NCBI RefSeq assembly: GCF_902713615.1
Contig: NC_052156.1
Location: 159,770,789-159,834,788 of the forward strand
DNA length: 64,000 nt
Direction: 5' to 3'
From: Scyliorhinus canicula
Lineage: Eukaryota
The notes below the pieces were generated by a model. That model was not told the DNA's origin. It did not search any database and was given only the letters and a program-made list of their open reading frames with translations. Positions 46,977 to 58,945 of this stretch are shown in pieces (position 1 is the stretch's first letter; every line of letters starts with the position of its first letter). The position numbers were made by a program, and so were the translations under genes.

Positions 46977-47207
46977 GGGCAGCACGGTGGCGTAGTTAGC
47001 ACTGCGGCCTAAGGCGCTAAAGACTCGGGTTCGAATCCTGGCCCTGGGTCACTGCCCGTGTAGAATTTGCACATTCTCCCCGTGTCTGAGTGGGTCTCAC
47101 CCCCACAACCCAAAGATGTGCAGGTTAGGTGGAGTGGCCACGCTAAATTGCCCCTTAATTGGAACAAAAATAATTGGGTACTCTAAAAAAAAAAATTTTT
47201 TTTTTAA
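46977..47207 (+). mobile_element. HE1 SINE short subfamily
   Basis: Head, V-domain, AATTGGGTACTCTAAA tail. Confidence 0.9.
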
Positions 47208-47542
47208 AGTTTACATGCTGGCCACTGGAAATGTTTGTTGCAAAGCAGATCAAGTGACTGGAGAAAACCGTTGCAGTTAAGAGCTCAATGTGCAGGACGT
47301 TTGATGTCACCGAGGCTAATTGTTCCACGGAAAACTCCAGAGCTGAGGTTTGGGATGGGATACGAGGTTGAGTCGACGCCAGACAGTTCTGAGAAATACA
47401 AATCCGATTATTGTTTTTAAATGGTGAGAGATCAGTAACTGTGCAGAAGCAGCTGTCTACACACACAAATCACAAGTTAGTGCACAGAGACTAAAAATCA
47501 GCAAAAAGGGGGATAGAATGTTGCTCAAAAGGTTTGGAATGC

Positions 47543-47695
47543 GGGCAGCACGTGGCACAGTGGTTAGCACTGCTGCCTATGGCGCTGAGGACCCGGGTTC
47601 GAATCCCGGCCCTGGGTTACTGTCCGTGTGGAGTTTGCACATTCTCCCCGTGTCTGCGTGGGTCTCACCCCCACAACCCAAAGATGTGCAGGGTA
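47543..47695 (+). mobile_element. HE1 SINE short subfamily, 3'-truncated
   Basis: Head and V-domain up to CAAAGATGTGCAGG. Confidence 0.85.
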
Positions 47696-47910
47696 TTTGA
47701 TCAAAGTTGCAGTAAAATCCGTGTGGATAAGATCAAAAGTTAAAGCCTCAAAAAGTGAATCAAGTTAGTAAGACATGACCCCACCCTTAACAAAGCCACG
47801 CTGATTATCATTGATTAGTCCATGCCTTTCTCGATGACTTGAAAATTTCTGTGTGCTATTTGGCCCATTTGAAGGAACTAGCCCCAGATGTTCAAATGCC
47901 CAGAGCCCTT

Positions 47911-48149
47911 GGGCTGCATTCTCCTATTTTGAGGCTATGTCCTGACATCGGCGTGGAAACGCTGGTATATTACAACCGAGAATTCGTAGTAAAATGGCCA
48001 CGATTCCTACGTTTGGCTGGGGGCTAGCACCCAGCACTAGCTGCCGACACAGCCTGGAAAATTTGGGGCCCCCAATTTGGTCATAAACGGGTATTTCACG
48101 GCCGATCACCGAACGCCATTTCAGCGTCGGCGACCGGAGAATCCCGCCC
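47911..48149. mobile_element. Harbinger-type MITE with perfect TSD CTT
   Basis: GGGCTGCATTCTCC / GGAGAATCCCGCCC; CTT at 47908-47910 and 48150-48152. Confidence 0.85.
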
Positions 48150-48539
48150 CTTGTCGTTCTAGCAGTGTAATCAGCTCAAAAGATTTTTTAACATCTCCGC
48201 AGGCAAAATTGCTCAGTTCATGCTGAGCAAATGATAAAAAGCAGCCAGGCATGTGCTTCTTAAATCATTTGGGCAGTTCAGGAAGTTATCGATCTTAAAC
48301 ATTAATGCAAGACATTAAGCTAAAAGTTTTGATTTTGGCTACATTTAGAGCACGAAATTGAGGAAGCACCTGCAGTTGGTTCAGTAATTGTTGGGAAGAC
48401 TTTTAAATTTTGTTACATTTTAATGGAGTCCTATTTAGATTGAGAATATACTTTGGGAGATTGTTCTTGTAAATGTTTAACGGTCTGCCATTTAAGCAGA
48501 ACTTCTGCTCCATAATGCAAACGTTGATTGATCACCGAT

Positions 48540-48907
48540 AGGCTCGGCCTAACCTCCTACCAATCACACTCTGCAGACTTGAAATCATTCAAAATTCAGC
48601 TGCACTGAGCTCGCATTGGGTCCTGCCTGTTGACTTACATAGGCTCCCGTTCTGGGCATACCTTGATTTTAAAATTCCTATTCCTGTGTTTAAATCGTCC
48701 GTGGCCTCACCCCTCCCTACCTCTGTGACCTCTTGTACCTCCTCCAACCCTACAATTTCCGAGATCTCTACGCTCCTCCAAGTCTGGCCCTCTTGTGCAT
48801 TCCAAATTTTGGTTACTTTTCCTAATATCTCCTTCTGTGACTCGCTGTCAAATGTTATCGCATAACATTCGGGTGAAGCGGCTTGGGATGGTTCACTAAG
48901 TTAAAGA
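48540..48907 (+). mobile_element. L2 LINE 3' fragment
   Basis: GACTTACATAGGCTCCC...GATTTTAAAATTC...GTGGCCTCACCCCTCCCTACCTCTGTGACCTC...GTGAAGCGGCTTGGGATG. Confidence 0.7.
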
Positions 48908-49340
48908 AACCTTATCCTCCATAGCACCGATGTCATCCCTTACTATTGCCCGGATGTCATCCTTAAATAACAGAGCAACACCACCTCCCTTACCATCCAC
49001 TCTGTCCTTCCGAATAGTTTGATACCCTTGGATATTTAACTCCCAGTCGTGACCATCCTTTAACCATGTTTCAGTAATGGCCACTAAATCATAGTCATTC
49101 ACGATGATTTGTGCCATCAACTCATTTACTTTATTCCGAATACTACGAGCATTCAGGTAAAGTACACTTATGTTGTTTTTTTTACTTCTGTTTTGAATCT
49201 TAACATCTCCAGTTTTATTCCTTTTAGTATTACTGGGCCTATTCACTGAGCTCCCCTCAGTCACTGTACCTTGTACTGTCGCCCTTTTTGATTTTTGATT
49301 ATGTCTTCTCTGCCTTGCATTTTTCCCCTTACTTCCTTTT
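48908..49340 (-). mobile_element. CR1 LINE ORF2 N-terminal AP-endonuclease fragment
   Basis: VLYLNARSIRNKVNEL...YDLVAITETWL...WELNIQGYQTIRKDR..GKGGGVALL. Confidence 0.92.
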
Positions 49341-49344
49341 GGAG

Positions 49345-50457
49345 AATTCCAGCCAATATGTTTTGTTGAGAGAAAGATATTGGACAGGAGATCAGGGGTA
49401 ACTCTCCCGCCCCTCTCTTCTCAAAAAGGATCTTTTCCCTGATTCTGGTCTGCCTCAATCCCTGTATCTGGTCATCTGAGATGGCCAATGGGTAGCTGCA
49501 ACACCTCAAACAGTATAACGCTCCATCTGATCTGCATGAGAATTTCTTTTTGTGCTTACTTATGGGATGTGGATGTCGCTGGCATGTTTATTGTGTATCC
49601 CTAATTGCCCTTGAGAAGGTGGTGGTAAACTGCCTCCTCGAACTGCTGCAGTCCATGTCTTGTCCACGGTGGTGTTAGGGGAGAGTTCCAGGATTTTGAC
49701 TCAGTGACAGTGAAGGAAAGGCAATACTTTTCCTAGTCAAGGAAACTTCTAGGTGGTTCTCCCATGTGTCTGTTGCCCATATCCTTCTCGGTGGTAGTGG
49801 TCATGGGTTTCGAAGGTGCTGACTAAGGAGCCTTGGTGAGATCTTGCAGTGTATATTGTAGATGGTACACACGGCTGTGGAGGGAGTGAATGTTTATTGT
49901 GGCAGATGGAGTGCCAAAAAAGCAGGGCTCTTTGTCCTGAGTGGTGTTGAGCTTCTTGATTGTTGTTGGAGCTGCACTCAACCAGGCAAGTGGAGAGCAT
50001 TCCACTTCATTCCTGACTTGTGCCTTGTAGATAGTGGAGAGACTTTGGGAAGTCAGGAGATGGAGTTACGTGCCACAGGATTCCCAGTCTCTGAGCTGGT
50101 TCTTCTAGCCACAGTGTGTAAATACTTCGTCCAGTTCAGTTTCTGGTCAATGGTAATGCCCAAGATGTTGGTAGGGAGGGATTCAGTGGTGATAATGCCA
50201 GTGAATGTCAAGGAGGGATGGTTAGATTCTCTCTTGTTGGAGGTGGTCATTGCCTGGCACTTGTGTGGCATGAATGTTAATTGTCACTTATCAGTCCAAG
50301 CCTGAATATTGTCCAGGTCTTGTTGTATATGGACATGGACTGCTTCAGTAGTTGAGGAGACAGGTTAGATTCTTATGTATATGATCTGGAGTGGACCCTG
50401 AACCCACAGCCTCCTAACTCAGCGTTGAGTTTAAGACTAACTGAGCCATGATTGACT
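49345..50457 (-). mobile_element. Deu-domain SINE split by a CR1-group LINE fragment (49545-50355)
   Basis: SINE body 49345-49545 and tRNA head about 50360-50457; LINE: MECSPLAWLSAAPTTIKKL, PHKCQAMT...NILGITIDQKLNW. Confidence 0.7.
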
Positions 50458-51045
50458 AAGTAAACACGCCAAGAGTTGCGCCTTAATGGAAAGGTTTGAT
50501 AGAACATGGAACATTTTGCCACAGAGACAGATTGAGGCAGACCTTTTTATGTATATTTTAGGGGAGAATTAGATAAATAATTCAAACAGAGAAAGAAGCA
50601 GGAAACAGCAAAGCAGTGTAATTAGTATTGATCTACTCTGACAAAATGTCGGGTTGGGCACAAAGGAATAAATAGCCTTCTTCTGTGTTCTATGATTCTA
50701 TGGGCTGTTTCTTAATTATTATTTGAACATTAATTCCGGCAAACATTCATATTTAATGGCAGGTTCATTCAAAATGTATTAATAAGTAATCCTACTCTTG
50801 TGTCACTGCCCATGGCAGTCTGATGTTTCACACATTGTTCTAATATTTAACTGCTCAGTTGGATCTGTGTTTGACATGGGGTGTCCTGTAAAAGTCAACC
50901 AGTGCGCTCCTTTGAGAAGTTGAGTGAGATTGGCACATGCAGCAGTCAGACTATCAATGACAGAAAATATTGACATTTTTGTTATTGTTTTGATACCTTT
51001 CCTATTTTGTAGTGTGGTGACATGCAAGATGCATGTGACATTACT

Positions 51046-53960
51046 GGCCCAGATTTTGCTGGTAAAATATAGGGTGTGACGTAACCACCACTTGGTGCCA
51101 GGCGTGGATCTTGACGTGCCAGTTAACTAGCGGGAAAGGCCAAAATTGTGATTAACACTTGCAACAAATTAGTTTGCTATCCAGCCGGCCCCTCCCGATG
51201 GCGAGCTCTGGGTCACGCCCAGTTATGGCGAGCTTATCATTAATTCTCACATGCATTCATTTCCATCTCATTGACGAAATTGAAGTTCACTGCAACAGCC
51301 TCCTGGGAATTTTTCGCCTTCCCAGCGAGAAATCACGTGGGCGCTGTTTAGTACTCCTTTTTTAGAAACGTGACACTGGCGCAATGGCTGCTGACGGGAA
51401 CTGAGGAGGTGAGCAACCATTGCCATTTTACAGCATGCAACTCCTGGCCACTGGACGGGAGTGGGGGTGGGGGGGGGGGGGGGCGGTTCTTGTCTGTGAG
51501 GCCTTCAAGCCATCTTTAAATATTGTGGATACCCATAACAGGGACAACTACTGCTGCTGCCTGCCTGTCCTACCAAACACTTCCTGCACAGGTCCCTGTT
51601 ATTGGTTATATGCTGAAGGTCACTTTAACCCCCCTTCAACTGTGAGCAGTCTTTATCTTCACAGCTGGAGGCTATTGCTAATGAGGAATTGGCCTTGTTT
51701 GATGTGAGAGCACCTCACAGCTGCAAGTTGTGTTTGCTTCTTGTTCCTGCTGGTAGCTGCAAATGCCTAGAGGCTGCTGTTGCTGTTTCCTTCCTTTTTT
51801 ATAGCCGGAAAGAAGGACAATTTGTTCTTAGGTTCCTGGATCCTGGAACACTGGGCTCAGGGGGATGAAAGAGCTAGACAAGCGAGGAACACTGAGTGGG
51901 CACTGGTGGGGCTACTATCTGTAGCTAGGGCGAATGGAAATCTGTTACAGTTAAAATGGTCACTATTAAATCATGGTACACCTCACACATGTGAAGCCTC
52001 TGTCACGGTGATTATCACAGCGGGCCTCTCCGCACTCCCATACCCTGTTTCCCTCTGCTTCTCCCACCCCCTGCCCCAGTTGTCCAAGGTCAAAATCCCC
52101 CGATGCAGACCCTGTTCAGCGCCTTATCAGCAGAATAACAGGAGTCAGACTTTAGCCGAATCCGAGGAGCATCAGAGCTTTCCTCACAGCAAGTGATCAA
52201 CACTCTCCTGCCTAGTATAGTGACCCGCTGACAGTGCCAACACAGGCCCATCTCCCTGGGGTGAGGTTACACAGACCCTTCAGGGGGGTAACAGGGTGGT
52301 CAGAGAGGGGGAGGTAATAAGAGAAGGAAAGGATAGGAAATGGAGGGACAGGGTGGACAGTTGGGAGTGGTGTTAAAGGGGAGATTGGAGAGGATGCGGA
52401 GGGAAATGGGAGGGAGGGATATTGGGGTGGGCGGGTGAGAGAGATTGAGGGGAAGGGGGGAAGGAAATGGGGGGGTGAGGAATTTTGGATTTTGAGTTGA
52501 TGGACACAGCCTCGTCCTGGGAGAATCCCTAAATGAGGGCCTCCCTGGTCCTCCTCGTATACCTGACCCTCACGGCCGCCTGTCCTCCATCCTCCGGCCC
52601 CTCCTCAGCTTCACCTCCAACCCCTCCTTGTCCACATCCTCCTCCTCATCCAACATGTCGCCCCATTGCTGTGCCAGATTGTGGCGGGCACAGCAGATCC
52701 CCACAAGGCTGGAGACCCTCCTGGTGGTGTACTGTAGGGAATCGCAAGAGCGGTAATGGCATCGGACCGCATTTTGAGCAGCTCATGCAGCACTCAAAGA
52801 CAGCACAGGTGGCAACATGGGCCGCATTGTATCGGGTCTCCACCTCGGCCTCAGGCCTCCGCACCAAAGTCATCAACCATGTCCTCAGTGGCTTTCCCTT
52901 GTCCCCCTCGAGCCAACCTGTCATTCTGGGATGGTCTTTAAAGACACCGGGGATCTACGAGTGTCCCAGGATGCCACTGAAATACATGCTCCCAGGGTAG
53001 CGGGCACAAATGTGCATCATTCTGAGGTGGTGGTTGCACCCGATCTGAACATTCAGGGAGCAGAACACTTTTCTGTTAACACAGGGCACTCCTGATGCCC
53101 TGGTGTGCGCAAGGCGGCCTGCGTGCCATCGATTGCTCTCTGGACCTGGGTCATCCTGGTTAGGCGGTAAATCCTACAGCCCGGGCATCTTGGTAGGCCT
53201 GGTCCAGGTCGAAGATTATATAGTCGGGTGCCCAGGCATACAGAGCATCCGTCACCTTCCGGAGGCACCTGTCGGTGGAAGGTTGGGATATGCCACATGG
53301 ATCCCTGCTTGAGCTCTGCAACGACCCGGCGGTATGGAAGTTGAGGGCTGTGATGACTTTAAGGCCACTGGGAGTGGGTGTCCTCCATGGGGTGGGCGTC
53401 CACCAGGGCGTGGTACAGGTGCCGCACTGTCTCTCTGCTGAGACGGAATCTTCTGCAGAACATGATGTCAGTCAGCTCATTGAATGACCAACATCACCTG
53501 TCCACCTTGGGCCTTCGCTGGCCTCCCCTTCTGGCTTCTTCCTCAGCCTGATGGGCGGCCGAGTCTTCAGGGTGTATGGTGGCCCCCTGCACATGGGATG
53601 CTGCGTCCAGCCTGCATTGCCGTGCCTTCCTGCGCCTGCCTGTCTCGACTGCCACAAGTACAGTAAGGGCGGTCTCTGCAGGATCCATACCGACTAAGAT
53701 AGTTTTATCTGGAAGGAATTGGACAAGGAGTGAGACTGCCAATCCATTCGTCCCGGGACCCTCAAATCCCCAAATCAGCACCCACCCCCCACCCCACCCT
53801 TAGCATGGCATGACTCTCCTGGATTATCTCAGAGTGCCGTCCAGCGAGCCAGTTGTGCTGGCAAACCTCGCCCTGCACATTCAACCCCGGCCACATCAAG
53901 AACTCCTAGACACCTGATGTCTGCCGGAAATGTTAGAGAGCCTGGGCTCAGCTTCCCTCC
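51046..53960 (-). mobile_element. Decayed Harbinger/PIF DNA transposon (boundaries approximate)
   Basis: Contains transposase pseudogene; 51100-51440 shares motifs (GTTTAGTACT) with the GGGCGCGATT MITE subfamily. Confidence 0.6.
52515..53688 (-). pseudogene. Harbinger (HARBI1-like, DDE_Tnp_4) transposase pseudogene
   Basis: Across frameshifts: MDPAETAL...RRFRLSRETV; KVITALNFHTAGSLQ...CGISQPS; QVQRAIDGTQAALR; NRKVFCSLNVQ...CARYPGS; GWLEGDKGKPLRTWLMTLVRRP...RYNAAH; LLKMR; acidic tail. Confidence 0.9.
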
Positions 53961-55569
53961 GCTCATTCACACATTTACCCTTTGGCCGCGAGAGGATCCT
54001 CAGTGGTGAAGCTCTGCTCTTTAGTGTTTGATTGTTGGCAGCTGCCTCTATGGTACTGATGCTCCTGGAGTACAGGTACAGGCATTAAAGTTTGCTGGCC
54101 ATGCAGTGCACTAATCATCCTCTGAGACATAACACCTGTGCCTCTAAGGAGGCACTTGAGAGTTGAGGAGCGTGAAGTTCTCATACCACGAACAAGGCTA
54201 ATTCCTCATCTGACATAGCCTTCAGCTGTGAAGCTAGAGGTTGCTCACGGTCAAAGGGAGTGCTGTTGAACAGAATGCTGTTGAACAGAATTTCAACTAA
54301 CAACTGATTTGGGATCACCTGCTTCAGTGTCTTCTTTCATTGCTGATGATTGTGACCTCTTTTGTCTTTGCTTTTCACTCTGTTGTTCAATTGCAATCAT
54401 AGCTCTCCTGTTTCTCCTGACTGTGCCCTGTTCCCTCTTTTGCAAAGCAGAACCTTGGGCATGGTGAGGTCTTCGCTATTTTGCCAAACCTCATTGATTT
54501 CTGAGCCAAACCTGTTCTTCCAGTCAAAGATCTGATAATGTTCTTGCTCTGTGACTTGTACATGCAATACATCTGGATGGCGTTTCTTCCAATGAGTTTG
54601 CAAGACATAGCCATCAAACTAAATATCGTGCTCTGGTTCTGCACATTACTGAAATCATTTTGATGGAGGTGTTGTAAAACCTCAAGTTTCAAAACACTTG
54701 GGATTCGTATTCTATCATTGTGTATTTGCAAATCATCGATCACTGTTAGATGTGCTCCCTGCTTGAAACGTGGTCTTAAGATACCACTGTATGTATATTT
54801 GTCCGTCATCCTCTAATCATGATTCTCTGATCTGATTGTATTTCTTGTCTGATTTTTGGGCCTGCTGGATTTCACATAATCTTTGTGTTGTTGCTGGTAA
54901 TCCTGGTAATGTGTGGACTGTCATGATAGTGAACTCCTCGACTTCTTCCACAAATTCAATATTGTATTTTCCTGGATTCTGTTTCAATCTGTGATTACGT
55001 ATTTTTTGTGCTCTGTTGTTCCCCTTGAACATAGACCATACGAGTGCCAAATCTCATCAATCGTAGTTTGAAACTTTAAACTCTTGATGGTGTTGTGGCA
55101 ATCTCTTTCAAATTCAACCGTGTGACTAAAGGTTTGTGGTCTGTGTCTGTTGTAACGTGAAGATCTAAGATGTAGTCAGCAAATTTCTTGCATCCCCACC
55201 TTACTGCTATTGCTTCCTTTTCAAATGCTATGTATCTCTCCTCTGTGTCTGTTAATGACCATGATGCGTAATAGGCTGGTCTGCATTATCCACCTCTTTG
55301 TACCTGAATTCTATAAAGGATGCGTCCAGTGTTATTATTGTAAGTAACTCCAGATCAGAATGATCTGAGTACATCAATCTCGCCTTGATTTTTTAAAATG
55401 GTTTCTGATGTGCTTCTCCCCAACAGAATTCATTATCTTGGTGTGAGAACTGATGTAGTAGCTTTTTGAGCGCTGCATTTTATTTTAGAAACATTGCCAT
55501 TGACTCACCGTTCCCATTAACCTTTGTAACTCCACGGGCGAGGTTCAGCAGCCTTGTCATGCCTGACTA

Positions 55570-55920
55570 GATGTCAGGAGGAGGCTGGTGAACCTTGCGA
55601 GATTCGCGACACTCAAGACGTCTGGCATGATTGAACGGAATCACTGGGCATGGTCCAGATCTGAATATTAAAGTAAGCATAATTGCTCATTCAAATGCCC
55701 GGATGCCAGAATCAGCCGGGGTCCGGGATTCACCACCTGCATCTGGGAGACATCGCAATGGCACCATTTAGTGTAACGGCACCTGAGGGGATCTCCCAGA
55801 CCATTGGAGAACCCTGGGTGGTCGGAGATAGAGCCGGGCCATACCCTGGGGGCACTCCCCTGACATCCGGGCACTTGGGCACTGCCAGCCTGGCACCCTA
55901 GCAGTGTCACACAGCCACCC
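55570..55920. mobile_element. MITE fragment nested in Gypsy pol
   Basis: Homologous to 30960-31270 (GGGATTCACC...CCATTGGAGA.CCC.GGGTGG...CAGCCTGGCA). Confidence 0.65.
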
Positions 55921-56042
55921 TCAAAAGTGAACAACTGTCATTTTGAATTATACAGTACTTCAGTAATTACTTTCTCCCAGTGCTTTAAAGTAGCTATTTG
56001 TTCTCCCAGCACCTTCCGCTCTGTTCTTCCGGGTCTGTGTAT

Positions 56043-57080
56043 TGTCACACCACCCTGGGCTAGCGTGCGGTCAATTCTAGCCCCACTTGTCCTGGAGTAA
56101 CAACACAGATGAACTAAATTCTATTCAAAATACCCGAGGCCCTTAGTTGAGTCCAATCAACTACAGTCACCAGGTTTGTAACTTTAAAACACAAGTAACC
56201 TTTTATTATGTAGAGTTTTATAATTAAACGGACAGAATATGTGACTGATAATCTATTACTCCTTTCCCATCCCCCTCCTTCCGAACTACCCCCACTCTCT
56301 GGACACACACACAGACAGACAAACAATGCAGAGGGGAAAGAATGATGAATATGAATACAAATAAAATGATAAGGATCTATGATGCTGTTATAACCGGCCC
56401 AAATCCTATTGGCTGGGACAATTGGTTACCCCATGACTCTTGGTGAATATGAGATCCCAATGACGGGGACAGGGCAATAGTTAAACTTTCAGCTTGATAT
56501 AAATAGAGCTGGACCTCACAAAAGATGCCATGCGATGACTTCCAGTCAACGACTTTCTGAAGTTCAGGCTTTTGTTTTGGTACTTCTTCCTTATAGGCTT
56601 GAGATGGTTTTCTCTGGCAAGGTTGTCCACCTTCTTTGCAGACTCAACATCATTTCAGATTCTCAACAGAGGATGTGCCGGGCTCTCACAGCTTTCGGAA
56701 CATAGTTCTTTCACTTTCGCGAGCAGGAGAGAGAGGGAAACCATTACGTTCACTTCCGGGTCTAAACTTCTGCCAAGTTCTCTCAGAAAGCATCACACAG
56801 GAGCCAATCGCTGCCTGTTGTCAGGTAGAACACTGTCCCTGACCAACCTATCAGTTGCCAGTTAACCAGTCAAAACAAATCACTCTACAACCAGTTCCTG
56901 AGGACCACCTGATGCCGAAGTGTCTGGCTTCTCCCCTCCCAAGCACAAAGACACTGTCCTGGCAAGCAGGTGTTTCAACTTTAACCCTTCTGGTTAAAGG
57001 TACATCTCAATTATGGGTCCATGGATCAAAACAATAAAATAAAATAAATGGGAACAAAGGAAATAATCAGGAAGGACTCA
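56043..57080 (-). mobile_element. Solo LTR nested in Gypsy protease region
   Basis: TG...CA ends; homologous to 24528-25381; possibly contains another LTR piece at about 56385-56520. Confidence 0.65.
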
Positions 57081-58273
57081 GAGTAGGTTTTGGTCGGATG
57101 GTTGAAGAATTCTCTTGTTTAATCATGGTTCAGGATCTGAAAGGACTGAAACTACTGCTCCAGTACTTAGTTCTACGTGTGTCCTGTGACCTTCTTCCAG
57201 GATCTCTGCACTCCAATAAATTCCACTTATTTTCTTTAATTTCTCCAAGGAAGGGTATCTTAATTTTTGGGAATATTCAACTTTGTTGCAGTGAGTTTCC
57301 TTTTAAACTGTTTTATTTTAGTGTGACCTATTGTTTTGAGAATGGAGTAGTGAATGGCACACCACTACTCTTTGAACCAATGGTGGGACAATTCCTACGC
57401 CCGTCTTTCCCTTCCAAGCAAGTAGCAGCTGGTCTTTGCTGCTGCCATTAATTTGTTTTCATGCCACAGATCTCTCCTTTTCTCTGTTTTCCCTTTTTTT
57501 TATGTCTGACAAATTCAACTTTGTGATTTAAGCTGTCTCTCTCCTCCGAGTACTGATCAATTTGGCTTCCTGATCTCATCTTGCCCACTTTACTGAATCA
57601 CCTTCACCTGCTGCAAGTTATCTGACGACGCGTCATTCACTACTCCATTCTGTGATGAATTAGCTCCTCTTTCATTTTACTGGTCAGTATAAATCATTAA
57701 TAAAAGCATGAAAGCTTTCCCAGTGCCTCTGGGTATGTTTATTGAATTTTGCGCGCTCCTAAATGGTGCTCTGGTGGAGATTGAAATATTCCTCCAATGC
57801 ATTAATAACTTTGACATATGTGTCTTTACCCTGATTGATCCCCAGGGAAACTGAAGTGCCGCCCACACAGTTGAAGATTATGCACAGCAGTGTGCTGAGC
57901 TGCTCACAGTCTGACTTCGCAAAACCGAGAGAGCCTCTTGGATCACGTTTCGGCCTGATTTAGGCCTGCAACTTTCGCGGAGTTCTCCTATAGAGGTTGA
58001 GGTTTGTCTAGCACCATCCATTTACCACTTACATTGTTGTGTTGGGTTGGAGAGTTCCAATCATTTCTAAAGACTGCTGGCATTGAACGCTGAAACCTTT
58101 ATTTTAACAAATTTCCACTTTATGGAGAACCTTTTTGTGAGCTTCTGACCGTTCTTACTTTGTTTTTACTTTCACTTTAGATGGTCCCAGCGACTCACAT
58201 TACAGCTAAAATCTTCCGTCCTCGTTCGCAGCTGGGCTCTTCCTGTGCAGTTGAGAATTAATGGAACTTTGAC

Positions 58274-58560
58274 TGTGTGGCAACTCGAGACAACACACCA
58301 AAGTCTTCCAGTAATGAACAAGGTGGTTTATTAACAACAGGCAAAGACAACCATGTACAGCGGCCCCAACATCAATACTTAGGTCTTAACTCTCTGGCTT
58401 CGGGGTCCACAGTACCCAAGCCTTTAATCCCAGAACCCCACGCTTTATCCCCATTGGTCGGGGTTCGAACCCTTCCGCACGATAAGCCTTGAGCCACTCA
58501 CGTGGACTGCAATGGCTTGCTCCTTTAAGGGGCCACTCTACCACACCCCTCCCGCTTAAG
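58274..58560 (-). mobile_element. 3' LTR (58274-58545) with adjacent polypurine tract
   Basis: TGTG...CACA ends; minus-strand AATAAA at 58327-58332; PPT-like CTTAAGCGGGAGGGG directly before the LTR on minus (58546-58560). Confidence 0.7.
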
Positions 58561-58744
58561 TCTACCACAGGCGGAATGTCAAATTCTCCATTCTCACTCT
58601 CAAGGTCCCCACCATGGACGAGACTGAAGAATCCCTTTCCCTTCTAAGACATCAAAGACAGTTAGCCCTTGATGTGACAGTCTAATATGCTTCATTGCAC
58701 TACAGAGGGCATTTTGAAGTACTTATACTACACTTAATATCTTT

Positions 58745-58945
58745 GGGCTGGTATAGCTCAATGGGATAGACAGCTGGTTTGTAATGCAAAAAAGGCCAGC
58801 AGCGCGGGTTCAATTCCCGTACCAGCGGAGAATTCTGAATTCTCCCTCTCAGTACCCGAATAGGCGCCGGAATGTGGCGACTAGGGGATTTTCACAGTAA
58901 CTTCATTGCAGTGTTACTGTCAGCTGACATTTGACGATGAAGATT
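58745..58945 (+). mobile_element. tRNA SINE with MER6-type tail
   Basis: GGGCTGGTATAGCTCAATGGG...GGGTTCAATTCCCGTACC...CCCGAATAGGCGCCGGAATGTGGCGACTAGGGG. Confidence 0.85.

Larger units (their letters stand above)
54250..58080 (-). mobile_element. Decayed Ty3/Gypsy LTR retrotransposon gag-pol with large deletions and nested insertions
   Basis: Gag ERAKFNK...ESFHAFINDLY (about 57680-57760); protease ELSTGAVVSV (about 57150); RNase H YASWSLTDTEERYIAFEKEAIAVRWGCKKFADYI...TDHKPL (55130-55270); integrase zinc-binding LTVIDDL..HNDRIRIPSVLKLEVLQHLHQ. Confidence 0.88.

Noticed and set aside
5706-47743. Recurrent short ORFs such as SLHILPVSAWVSPPQPKDVQ and GHCLCGVCTFSPCLRGFPPG
   Set aside because: Translations of HE1/V-SINE sequence, not genes.
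52515-53688. Host HARBI1 gene
   Set aside because: Multiple frameshifts and stops and altered catalytic motifs; consistent with a dead transposon copy.
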